Source: an uncultured virus (IMG/VR IMGVR_UViG_3300031974_001636)
Taxonomy: Duplodnaviria; Heunggongvirae; Uroviricota; Caudoviricetes; Kyanoviridae
DNA length: 64,000 bases
Direction: 5' to 3' (one strand)
Virus record (IMG/VR): IMGVR_UViG_3300031974_001636
This document shows, one piece after another, positions 49,478-56,670 of the stretch. A program made the translations under genes and the position numbers. The notes beneath the pieces were generated by a model that was not told where the DNA came from, ran no database searches, and saw only the letters and a program-made list of their open reading frames with translations. Every line of letters starts with the position of its first letter. Within the stretch, counting starts at the first letter, position 1.

Positions 49478-49776
49478 TGCCACCCCGTCGCTTCGCTGGG
49501 TTCTTCTGTAGTGTTATCCTGCTCAACAGGAATCAGGTCAACTAAAGTATCTTCATCATACAAATCTACGATCTCTTCAGTTACATCGTCCCACGTCATC
49601 TTCTCGTACTCACGTTGCAACAAATCAAACAACATTTGTTCCATATCTTTATAGTCAAGACCATCAATGATGTGCATGACATAGTTCTCAACCAGTTGCT
49701 CAAAATCTTTTTTAGTGGGTGCAGGTTGAGTCATGACAGTAGAAAGAATTTTGGTGGGATTAGGGAGAGAAATCAT
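49474..49776 (-). CDS. Acidic early hypothetical protein
   Basis: 100-aa ORF with TAATG coupling. Confidence 0.7.
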   Translation of the reverse strand: MISLPNPTKILSTVMTQPAPTKKDFEQLVENYVMHIIDGLDYKDMEQMLFDLLQREYEKMTWDDVTEEIVDLYDEDTLVDLIPVEQDNTTEEPSEATGWQ

Positions 49777-49937
49777 TACTTAATTACCGAAACATCTACC
49801 TCTTTAATGTTAAGTCCGATCAACTGATTCCAGACCCGATCATGTATCTTTTGGCAGGCATCTTGTGCCTTAGAACGTTCATACCAAATAGTCGTACAAC
49901 CGTCGTTAGTAGAAACCAGAACGCGAATGTCTTTCAT
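49776..49937 (-). CDS. Early hypothetical protein (53 aa)
   Basis: Manual translation MKDIRVLVSTNDGCTTIWYERSKAQ...EVDVSVIK. Confidence 0.65.
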   Translation of the reverse strand: MKDIRVLVSTNDGCTTIWYERSKAQDACQKIHDRVWNQLIGLNIKEVDVSVIK

Positions 49938-49968
49938 GAGAGTGTTAGTAAAGGTGAGAGGGAAACTA

Positions 49969-50205
49969 TCAGCAACAGGCGGGAGAGTAGTTGCTAGGTT
50001 CGGTGAGGAAATCAGTCACCTCATAGTTAAGATCAAGACGTGCATTAACAGTCTCAATCATCTCTTTTTTGCTCATCAATCGCATGGATTTGGTCTGCTC
50101 ATCTCCCATAAACTTGAGAGTATAAACAAACTTATCGGTCAGAATTGCATGGGGTTGAAACTCAACAACCATTGCGCGGGAGTGACCTTGTGAAGTGAGT
50201 TGCAT
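49969..50205 (-). CDS. Early hypothetical protein
   Basis: 78-aa ORF directly after the promoter cassette. Confidence 0.7.
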   Translation of the reverse strand: MQLTSQGHSRAMVVEFQPHAILTDKFVYTLKFMGDEQTKSMRLMSKKEMIETVNARLDLNYEVTDFLTEPSNYSPACC

Positions 50206-50212
50206 TTGCTCT

Positions 50213-50287
50213 CTTTGTTTGACTCTTATAGTATGGCACCTCAGAGGGCGCTTTGGGGCGTTTGGTGGACAGTTCTAGGACTGTCAC
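50213..50287 (-). promoter_or_regulatory. Early-promoter cassette with operator copy 4
   Basis: GTGGACAG-N8-CTGTCAC at 50265-50287; the -10/leader block 50213-50240 is identical to 52703-52730. Confidence 0.75.
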
Positions 50288-50493
50288 ACATTTCCGTAGT
50301 TTTGCATATATTCCTCTAGTGTGTAACCTTCATCGCAATCTGTCTCCACAATGAGTTGCTCAAGTGTCAAATCTTCTAGGTCTTTACGATACTCTTCAGT
50401 GGTAGGATCTTGCTCAGGATCAAAATCATCGTGGCAAAGATAATCCCATTCTGCACACAGAGCATCAATAAGTTGTTCGCGAGTGTAATTCAT
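50284..50493 (-). CDS. Acidic early hypothetical protein
   Basis: 69 aa, about 21 D/E versus 3 K/R. Confidence 0.7.
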   Translation of the reverse strand: MNYTREQLIDALCAEWDYLCHDDFDPEQDPTTEEYRKDLEDLTLEQLIVETDCDEGYTLEEYMQNYGNV

Positions 50494-50651
50494 CAGAAAA
50501 CAGGAATGACATCAATGAGAGAAACCTTAGGATCTTTCTCTAGATTCTTCATAATGTGGAGGGCAGATTCATCGTCAAAGACTACAACTTCCTGCTTAGA
50601 TTGCCAGCAGGAGTTCTTCTTTTCCTTCATCCATTCAATGCGATACTTCAT
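50493..50651 (-). CDS. Early hypothetical protein
   Basis: MKYRIEWMKEKK...; ATGA coupling and GAGGAG upstream. Confidence 0.7.
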   Translation of the reverse strand: MKYRIEWMKEKKNSCWQSKQEVVVFDDESALHIMKNLEKDPKVSLIDVIPVF

Positions 50652-50794
50652 AGTTTGCGACGTGAATACTCCTCTTGAACTAAATGCCACAGGTAATGTG
50701 AGCGTGAAAGATCACCTCTCAACTCATCTAGTTTCTCAACTAAATGTGCATTGTGACGGGCAATCGCAACGTTAATTTGTTTAGTCTTAGTCAT
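50648..50794 (-). CDS. Ribbon-helix-helix (CopG/Arc-like) protein (48 aa)
   Basis: Manual translation MTKTKQINVAIARHNAHLVEKLDELRGDLSRSHYLWHLVQEEYSRRKL; ATGA overlaps at both ends. Confidence 0.65.
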   Translation of the reverse strand: MTKTKQINVAIARHNAHLVEKLDELRGDLSRSHYLWHLVQEEYSRRKL

Positions 50795-51000
50795 GCGTTT
50801 AGCGTGTAGTTGTCCATAAACAAGAACTCATAGTTGCCGTCACAAGGATCAGCAACGCCGTCAATCACCCACTCATTCATGATAGCGAGCGCGTCAAGTT
50901 GACGATCATCCATCATACAATCTTGCATTGCCTGTAACAGTGTGTCTCCCATGTTATCAATGGAAGTCTCTTTTTCCCAGTCAGTTCCTTGGTTTTGCAT
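50791..51000 (-). CDS. Acidic early hypothetical protein
   Basis: MQNQGTDWEKETSID... Confidence 0.65.
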   Translation of the reverse strand: MQNQGTDWEKETSIDNMGDTLLQAMQDCMMDDRQLDALAIMNEWVIDGVADPCDGNYEFLFMDNYTLNA

Positions 51001-51001
51001 G

Positions 51002-51202
51002 TCAGTTAAGAATGGTACGGTAGTCAATAGATTTGATGCAGAATCCTGCTGCTGTTGTCACCTCTTCAATTAAATCATCCTCATCATCTGCTTCCCAGAA
51101 TGTGCCAACGTAATCATCATAAACCTCAAGTTGTTGAGAAGGTGATAACTCAAAGTTGTCATCTTCAAAGTCAAATGTAATCTCAGTGATTTGGAATTGC
51201 AT
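51002..51202 (-). CDS. Acidic early hypothetical protein
   Basis: 66 aa, about 18 D/E versus 2 K/R. Confidence 0.7.
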   Translation of the reverse strand: MQFQITEITFDFEDDNFELSPSQQLEVYDDYVGTFWEADDEDDLIEEVTTAAGFCIKSIDYRTILN

Positions 51203-51441
51203 CAGAATGAAACAGTGAAGTTGTGAAAGTCGTCACGAGTTACAGTCTCTTTGCCAGACAACATGCTGAATTGATCAAACACAACCCAGGCATCTGGATC
51301 CTCAGAGATGACAGCGAAACCGAAACATCCTGCCATTGGCATCATGTATTTGCCATGCGATTCTGCCTGTTTGAGAGAACCGAACCCACGAGCAGTGATG
51401 GTCCAATCTTTACCGAAGTATGCACAAATGAAATCACTCAT
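51202..51441 (-). CDS. Early hypothetical protein
   Basis: Probable start MSDFICAYFG with GAGGAG upstream. Confidence 0.7.
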   Translation of the reverse strand: MSDFICAYFGKDWTITARGFGSLKQAESHGKYMMPMAGCFGFAVISEDPDAWVVFDQFSMLSGKETVTRDDFHNFTVSF

Positions 51442-51583
51442 GACCAAACATCTCCTCAAAAAGATTAACACCAGTGGACTGATTTGCACGCTTGTTAGAT
51501 TCTTCCATCCACTTGCGAGCGGTGTCAGGATCAACAGAGTGAGGGAGGTAGAGTAACCTACCGCTAGGGAGTCGTTTGAGCAT
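51434..51583 (-). CDS. Early hypothetical protein (49 aa)
   Basis: Manual translation MLKRLPSGRLLYLPH...NLFEEMFGHE, directly after the promoter cassette. Confidence 0.6.
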   Translation of the reverse strand: MLKRLPSGRLLYLPHSVDPDTARKWMEESNKRANQSTGVNLFEEMFGHE

Positions 51584-51758
51584 CGTTTGAGTCGTTTCCT
51601 TTGACTCTTATATAGTCGCACATTTTGGCGGCAGAGTCAAGGGGTTGGTGACAGTTCTCCAAGTGGCACAAATACTCTTCCATTAACAAGCGCATTTGTG
51701 GATCCTCAGGCATATTGGAGCGGATAATCTCATGCAGCATTGATTTGATTAAACTCAT
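51564..51758 (-). CDS. Hypothetical protein
   Basis: 64-aa ORF whose 3' part overlaps the promoter cassette. Confidence 0.5.
   Translation of the reverse strand: MSLIKSMLHEIIRSNMPEDPQMRLLMEEYLCHLENCHQPLDSAAKMCDYIRVKGNDSNDAQTTP
51648..51669. promoter_or_regulatory. Early-promoter palindromic operator, copy 5
   Basis: GTGACAG-N8-GTGGCAC upstream of TTGACT...GACTATATAAGAGTCAAAGG. Confidence 0.75.
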
Positions 51759-51978
51759 TGATTAGATCGCGAAACTCTTGTTCAGTGATCTCATTGTACT
51801 CGTTACCTGTCAGAATGGCAACGCAATTATTAGGATTGATTACAAACCAATGACGTACAATGTCATCAGGATAGTATTTCACCTCACGGTGAAGTTCAAA
51901 CCCTAGGTAATTCCAAACCAGTGAAGTGTTGTCTAGTGGGTATGCACCAGCGTTCTCACGATCATAAACAAAGTTCAT
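51730..51978 (-). CDS. Hypothetical protein
   Basis: 82-aa ORF with ATGA coupling. Confidence 0.65.
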   Translation of the reverse strand: MNFVYDRENAGAYPLDNTSLVWNYLGFELHREVKYYPDDIVRHWFVINPNNCVAILTGNEYNEITEQEFRDLINEFNQINAA

Positions 51979-52169
51979 ACTACGGTTCCCAATGTGCGTC
52001 GGATTTGTCTAGTGATCTGTGCGGTGGCATAGTTATCACTAGGAGTCTTACTAGTTGTCATCACCACACCTGTGTGATGTTTCCAGATGAAGTGTTTAGT
52101 TTCCCTAGCAAGTTCAAACCCATTGCGTTCCATGATAACACGGATTGTCTTCATTTGATTCTTTGCCAT
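51975..52169 (-). CDS. HicA-like protein (putative mRNA interferase fold)
   Basis: MAKNQMKTIRVIMERNGFELARETKHFIWKHHTGVVMTTSKTPSD: GF.L.R...H..(W/Y).H..G....TPSD pattern. Confidence 0.6.
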   Translation of the reverse strand: MAKNQMKTIRVIMERNGFELARETKHFIWKHHTGVVMTTSKTPSDNYATAQITRQIRRTLGTVV

Positions 52170-52176
52170 GACAATC

Positions 52177-52563
52177 TCAGCGGACGTAGAGGTAACCACC
52201 TGCCCAATCGCAGCGTTCCAAACACAACTCACGATTCATGTCGTTGAGTAGATTGTAACGCACGATCTTTGCAGGTGCTTTGAATGATGCAGGTTTGTAG
52301 ACTTCGCCAGTCTTCTTATCAACGAAGGCGTGAACACTGCGAGACCCGCTATCAGTCTCCATGATAATCTTGTGGTACTTACGACCACTCTCAATGTAAA
52401 ACTTATAGCAAGGTGCATCGTAGCGACCAATTCTGCCGTGATTGCGTGACTTAAAGTTTTGCACCAATGCTTCACACAGCATCTGAGAATACCTGAGCAC
52501 GTTGTTAGTGTCGTCCATGCGTTGTTGTTGAGTAGAAGCGAAGTCAGCGAAGGATTGTTTCAA
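52177..52563 (-). CDS. Conserved phage hypothetical protein
   Basis: GRKYHKII..SVHAFVDKKTGEVYKPASFKAPAK..RYNL..DWAGGYLY. Confidence 0.75.
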   Translation of the reverse strand: MKQSFADFASTQQQRMDDTNNVLRYSQMLCEALVQNFKSRNHGRIGRYDAPCYKFYIESGRKYHKIIMETDSGSRSVHAFVDKKTGEVYKPASFKAPAKIVRYNLLNDMNRELCLERCDWAGGYLYVR

Positions 52564-52566
52564 GAA

Positions 52567-52692
52567 TCAGTCCTCAATAAGTTGAGCAATGTGATCGTCA
52601 GTTTGTCCTAGGACATCACCGACCCACTCATCTTCGTCCAGTTGAGCAACATCAAAGATCTCGCCTGGCATGTCTTGAATCTCATCCCACAT
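52567..52692 (-). CDS. Very acidic early peptide (41 aa)
   Basis: Manual translation MWDEIQDMPGEIFDVAQLDEDEWVGDVLGQTDDHIAQLIED; AGGAG Shine-Dalgarno. Confidence 0.7.
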   Translation of the reverse strand: MWDEIQDMPGEIFDVAQLDEDEWVGDVLGQTDDHIAQLIED

Positions 52693-52702
52693 AATTGTGC
52701 TC

Positions 52703-52778
52703 CTTTGTTTGACTCTTATAGTATGGCACCAATCAAGGCGCATTGCAAGCGATGGTGGACAGTTTGACCAACTGGCAC
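52703..52778 (-). promoter_or_regulatory. Early-promoter cassette with operator copy 6
   Basis: GTGGACAG-N9-CTGGCAC at 52755-52778, TTGCAA -35, and a CATACTATAAGAGTCAAACAAAGGAG leader. Confidence 0.75.
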
Positions 52779-53152
52779 ATGCCCAAATTTTGTAATGATT
52801 TGATACCTACGGTCTGTTTCATTACATCACCGCGCATGAGTTGTTTAACATCAGCGATGATAAATTCATCGCTCTCAGTATCATGAATGGCAATGTAATC
52901 AAACTCTTTCCCTGTGTAATTACCAGTGCCTTTGTTACGCTTACGACGCAAATCTAAGTTGTAAGGGTTATACTTCTTAGATTTTGTGTGTCGCTTCACT
53001 TGTATCCTAGCACCAGTAGATGCGATCATAAAATCCCATCCAGTATCCAGAGTTGGGGAGATAAGTGATAGTGCCTCATCATCCACTAATTCATACCAGC
53101 GAGCAGCAAATAGCATTTCGCTGGCAAGACCTCTAAGGCGATGATTCTTCAT
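52733..53152 (-). CDS. PD-(D/E)XK endonuclease-like protein
   Basis: G..SE...WDFMI.....RIQVK...Y....FDY pattern of the small PD-(D/E)XK (I-Ssp6803I-like) family. Confidence 0.7.
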   Translation of the reverse strand: MKNHRLRGLASEMLFAARWYELVDDEALSLISPTLDTGWDFMIASTGARIQVKRHTKSKKYNPYNLDLRRKRNKGTGNYTGKEFDYIAIHDTESDEFIIADVKQLMRGDVMKQTVGIKSLQNLGMCQLVKLSTIACNAP

Positions 53153-53167
53153 TCAACTAGCACAAGG

Positions 53168-53244
53168 GGGCAGAGTTTGGGCAGAGTGGGGCAGAGTGGC
53201 AAAATATCACCCGAGACCCACCTGAGACCCCAGTCAGGGACTGG
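53168..53244. repeat. Short phased direct repeats and a palindrome
   Basis: GGGCAGAGT x3 (53168, 53179, 53189), GAGACCC x2 (53213, 53224) and CCAGTC-AGG-GACTGG (53230-53244). Confidence 0.8.
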
Positions 53245-53311
53245 ATTCTAAAACGTGAAAAATCCATCACGGGATCTGGGGGGTGTGGTAGGTCATGCCG
53301 CGCAAACGAAA

Positions 53312-53911
53312 TTAAAGGTTTTTCAGTTTTTGATAGAATGGGTTGCACACTTTGTAGTTACCCTTGACGTGAGACTTGTCAAGGAGAGTATCATTCATGT
53401 GATGCACAATCAAACTGGGGTGATCAATCCAATCAGCATATGTCCACCCGCACGATCTCACATAGCGGTTGCCCTGCTCCTCACAAATCGTGCTAATCTG
53501 TTTGTCAAGTCTGTCAGCAATCGCCTCAAACTTGAACTCAATAACATACACCAACACACCGCCCACAAAGAGTGACTGAATGATGGGGAGGTTTGCCTCT
53601 TTGTCCTTCAGGAATCGTGCTCTTGTGTAATCATTAAAACAACCACTTCCATTTGTAGTCTTGCCCGTGTAATTCTTTGGTTTAACTTCCTTCTCTTCGC
53701 CCGTGAGTTTGTGTTTAGCATCACGACCCAATTTACCAGGGATGGCATCACACCTCGCAACTTCTGCGGTGATGTATTCTCGTAGCGTTGAAGAGTTACT
53801 GTCATTCATGTAGAGAGTGTAGAGTTCTTCAAATAGATCTCCCTGCCCTACGATGGGACAACCCAGGGCACGATCTACACACAGAAAGAGAAGGTCTTTA
53901 GAGATTTCCAT
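53312..53911 (-). CDS. Hypothetical protein, possible restriction-endonuclease-like PD-(D/E)XK fold
   Basis: 199 aa; LRE...GRDAK....EEKEVK matches an E..D..ExK arrangement. Confidence 0.55.
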   Translation of the reverse strand: MEISKDLLFLCVDRALGCPIVGQGDLFEELYTLYMNDSNSSTLREYITAEVARCDAIPGKLGRDAKHKLTGEEKEVKPKNYTGKTTNGSGCFNDYTRARFLKDKEANLPIIQSLFVGGVLVYVIEFKFEAIADRLDKQISTICEEQGNRYVRSCGWTYADWIDHPSLIVHHMNDTLLDKSHVKGNYKVCNPFYQKLKNL

Positions 53912-53913
53912 GA

Positions 53914-55161
53914 TCAGCAGAAAGCGATAGCGGGGACACCTTTGACGAAGATAGTATCAACCAAGGACTGAAGTCGCTTGGCAGTACGCACACCAGCACC
54001 ATAACCTGAGGTCATGGGAACAGTCACATAACCACACGGTTTGTTGTAGTTAGCGAACACGCCTGGTTGCAACGAACCGTCACGCATTGCAGCAACGTCA
54101 TCACGATCAGTACGAATCACGCGACCGATAGTCTGTGCCATCTCAATCGTGGGGAGGTTACGCAACAAAATGCAGTGCGAAAGACCAGGGACGTTGATAC
54201 CCTCAGACAGGATAGAATAGTGGAAGACGATAAACTTGCGAGTCTTATCGCGACCCCACTCATCAAGAGTCTGGAAGAATTGTTCGCGTGTGACTTTAGT
54301 CTGGTTGACATATGCACCATGCTTAGATGTAATGTGCATGACATCATAACCACGCTGTTTGATCTCTTCCAGAACATATGACTCAGAAAGCATACGCCAC
54401 AGCACACGGGTGTTAGGTGCAGCGACTAGAACTTTCTGAGACTTGTCATCATCAAGACGGTCAAGGATGCCTAGGATGTTGTCAGCATCCAGCATAGGTG
54501 CGTTCTCTTTAGTACGAATCTCGTCGGTCTCGTAAGGTACAACAACGGGAGGAACAATGCTGCCGCTGCTGATAAGTTCAGGAGCAGCAGTTGACTCTAG
54601 AACAGGACCGAACACGTCGGTATTGTTCATGCCACGCTTGTAACCTGTGCTACGATCATGCTTAGGAGTAGCAGTCACAAAGAAGCGACGAGTTGCATAC
54701 TGAGAGACAGCAAATACACTGGTGAAGAAGTGACGACCAGTGGCATTGTGTGCCTCGTCAAAATAGATAGTGTCAATTTCTAGACCGCTGTCAACAACAC
54801 GACCGAGAGAATGGTAGGTGGTGAAGATCATCGTGTGCTTCTGATTGACCTGCCAGAGAGTCACACAGGAGCGAATCTCAGCAGGTTTGGTGCTGCTGAA
54901 GTGTGCAGTTTCGCCACTGTGAACGTGTGCAATCTGTGCATCAGTGATAAACTCACAGAACTCAGACTGGAGTTGATTAGCGAGCAGAATACGAGGGGCG
55001 ACAACAACAAACACAGAAGGTTTGTCAACTTGACGCAACCGACGCATGAGATCTGCGATGATGATGTAAGTCTTACCGCCGCCAGTTGGGCAGTAGATTT
55101 GTCCCGCAGTAGCAGACTCCATAGAGTCAAATGCACGCTGCTGATGTGGACGGAGTTGCAT
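53914..55161 (-). CDS. Superfamily 2 (DEAH, ResIII-like) helicase
   Basis: LRPHQ, PTGGGKT, DEAH, TATP, SEGINVP and QTIGRVIR motifs. Confidence 0.92.
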   Translation of the reverse strand: MQLRPHQQRAFDSMESATAGQIYCPTGGGKTYIIIADLMRRLRQVDKPSVFVVVAPRILLANQLQSEFCEFITDAQIAHVHSGETAHFSSTKPAEIRSCVTLWQVNQKHTMIFTTYHSLGRVVDSGLEIDTIYFDEAHNATGRHFFTSVFAVSQYATRRFFVTATPKHDRSTGYKRGMNNTDVFGPVLESTAAPELISSGSIVPPVVVPYETDEIRTKENAPMLDADNILGILDRLDDDKSQKVLVAAPNTRVLWRMLSESYVLEEIKQRGYDVMHITSKHGAYVNQTKVTREQFFQTLDEWGRDKTRKFIVFHYSILSEGINVPGLSHCILLRNLPTIEMAQTIGRVIRTDRDDVAAMRDGSLQPGVFANYNKPCGYVTVPMTSGYGAGVRTAKRLQSLVDTIFVKGVPAIAFC

Positions 55162-55193
55162 GTAATTCCTTGACTATGAATATAGTATTGCAC

Positions 55194-55218
55194 AAAAAAA
55201 GACCCCTGTCAAGGGGTC
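55194..55218 (-). terminator. Intrinsic terminator overlapping a -35 box
   Basis: Minus strand GACCCCT-TGAC-AGGGGTC-T7; TTGACA spans the loop. Confidence 0.75.
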
Positions 55219-55219
55219 T

Positions 55220-55241
55220 GTGCCACTATGATCACTGTCAC
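55220..55241. promoter_or_regulatory. Early-promoter palindromic operator, copy 7
   Basis: GTGCCAC-N8-CTGTCAC immediately upstream of TTGACA. Confidence 0.75.
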
Positions 55242-55540
55242 ACAAAGAACTGTTCTAGTCCTTTTAGGTTCAGTTGCATAGCACTATAAGGAGATGTGTC
55301 CTCCAATTTAACAACATCTCCCACAGTCTTAGGATTCACTGGCGCGTGGTAGTTTCCAGTTTTGGTGTTGTAGAATCCCCAGATACAGCGACATTCACTG
55401 CCACCATTGTAGACAAACCCAGGATTAGAAACAGTCCAAATTGCAAGAACATTATTCTTAAAGCGAACTGTCTCGTATCGGTATCCTCTCGGGGGAGGAT
55501 GTGGGGTAATTTGTTCACAAACATGAGTAGGAGTAGGCAT
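55238..55540 (-). CDS. Conserved cyanophage hypothetical protein
   Basis: PHPPPRGYRYE...IWGFYN..YHAPVN..TSPYSAM. Confidence 0.7.
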   Translation of the reverse strand: MPTPTHVCEQITPHPPPRGYRYETVRFKNNVLAIWTVSNPGFVYNGGSECRCIWGFYNTKTGNYHAPVNPKTVGDVVKLEDTSPYSAMQLNLKGLEQFFV

Positions 55541-55721
55541 CACGAATACCAAGGACTTCAGTGAGTTCGTCTATTTTAGCAAACTCTTTGTTATATTCAC
55601 GTTCACTGATAGATTTGTCTGCATAAAAAGACTTTTGCAAGTCACAGATTTTCAGGAACAGACACTGTTTTAGAATGGACTTTTGCTCTGGGGTCAACAT
55701 TGCTGTTTTGATGACTGTCAT
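55515..55721 (-). CDS. Hypothetical protein
   Basis: 68-aa ORF with ATGA coupling. Confidence 0.65.
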   Translation of the reverse strand: MTVIKTAMLTPEQKSILKQCLFLKICDLQKSFYADKSISEREYNKEFAKIDELTEVLGIRDAYSYSCL

Positions 55722-55897
55722 TGGTGGCGGCGCAATTCGGGGAGGTAGTTAAGAACTATCTCACGGATTTCCATCAGTTCATGATAACACTTCTGATTGT
55801 GGGCGCATTGACGAAGTTTGCTGTCGGGTTTCAATACAGATTCAATGAAAAGGTCTAACCCTCGGTTGAACTTATCGTCTTTGCTTTCGCCGTCCAT
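55718..55897 (-). CDS. Hypothetical protein (59 aa)
   Basis: Manual translation MDGESKDDKFNRGLDLFIESVLKPDSKLRQCAHNQKCYHELM...; GGAG Shine-Dalgarno. Confidence 0.7.
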   Translation of the reverse strand: MDGESKDDKFNRGLDLFIESVLKPDSKLRQCAHNQKCYHELMEIREIVLNYLPELRRHQ

Positions 55898-55969
55898 TTG
55901 GATCTCCGTTTGACTGACTTATTTTATCTAGGTGGTCAGGGTTTGTCCATGGAGCAAACCTTAAGAATC

Positions 55970-56122
55970 TTAGTAATCTACGGTGTATTCACATTCCACC
56001 TCTAATCCTGTGAGGTCATCATAGACAACCTCATCATCTTCCAGCATTAGTTCTTCAAGTTCGTCAAACAAGTCTTTTCCCCCATCAATAACAGTAAGAA
56101 TTTCGCGTGGAAGATATGTCAT
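55970..56122 (-). CDS. Acidic peptide (50 aa)
   Basis: Manual translation MTYLPREILTVIDGGKDLFDELEELMLEDDEVVYDDLTGLEVECEYTVDY; ATGA coupling. Confidence 0.65.
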   Translation of the reverse strand: MTYLPREILTVIDGGKDLFDELEELMLEDDEVVYDDLTGLEVECEYTVDY

Positions 56123-56307
56123 TGTTGCCAATCCTCGTAATACTCGGTGTCTTTGCTTTTTTTATTCTTAGTAGTAGACTTGTGACTGTCGTTGTAATCA
56201 TAAGCGTCCCAGTTGGATCGCTTAGTGTTACCACGTTGACGTTTTTCACGGAGAGATTTCCCGTAGGAATTGTAATCGTCTCCACCTCGGCGGTAAGTAC
56301 GTCCCAT
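56119..56307 (-). CDS. Small basic hypothetical protein
   Basis: MGRTYRRGG..KSLREKRQRG; a GATAAATA late-promoter variant lies at 56344-56351. Confidence 0.65.
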   Translation of the reverse strand: MGRTYRRGGDDYNSYGKSLREKRQRGNTKRSNWDAYDYNDSHKSTTKNKKSKDTEYYEDWQQ

Positions 56308-56349
56308 TGCTAGTAATCTATATTTGGAATTAAGGATCGTGAGTATTTA

Positions 56350-56595
56350 TCAATCAGAAGTGTGCGAGAATGACACCACATCATAAGGAGAATCTTCGCT
56401 CAGAAACTCTGGCGCAGCAGTTTTCTCAGCGTAGGTCTCTTCCTCAGTGTTGTAGGTTTGGATCTCATCAAAGACGAAACCTACACCACGCAGAAAGTCA
56501 CCAGTCTGCTGAACTACATCGTCCAAAAACATACCCTCAAACTTTTTTTGGGTCTTGGTGCCGTCATCGTCGCGGCAGGTGAGAGTAAATTGCAT
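56350..56595 (-). CDS. Conserved phage hypothetical protein
   Basis: FE...LDDVV....DFLRGVGF motif. Confidence 0.7.
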   Translation of the reverse strand: MQFTLTCRDDDGTKTQKKFEGMFLDDVVQQTGDFLRGVGFVFDEIQTYNTEEETYAEKTAAPEFLSEDSPYDVVSFSHTSD

Positions 56596-56608
56596 GTCAT
56601 GAATTGAA

Positions 56609-56647
56609 GACCCCCATAGTATAGAACCATGGGGGTCGTTCTGTCAA
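56609..56647 (-). promoter_or_regulatory. sigma70 promoter TTGACA-18-TATACT with the -10 box inside a 9-bp inverted repeat
   Basis: -35 at 56642-56647, -10 at 56618-56623, arms GACCCCCAT (56609-56617) and ATGGGGGTC (56629-56637). Confidence 0.75.
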
Positions 56648-56670
56648 CCTGTACCAGTCAGAAAAGTGGA

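Noticed and set aside
53157..53348. 63-aa ORF between the nuclease genes
   Set aside because: It overlaps the upstream gene, and its C-terminus merely translates the DNA repeats (SAPLC x2); probably spurious
45765..55241. Repeated palindromes as a CRISPR array or integron attC sites
   Set aside because: Spacing is irregular and kilobase-scale, the copies are degenerate and tied to promoters, and there is no cas or integrase gene in the window
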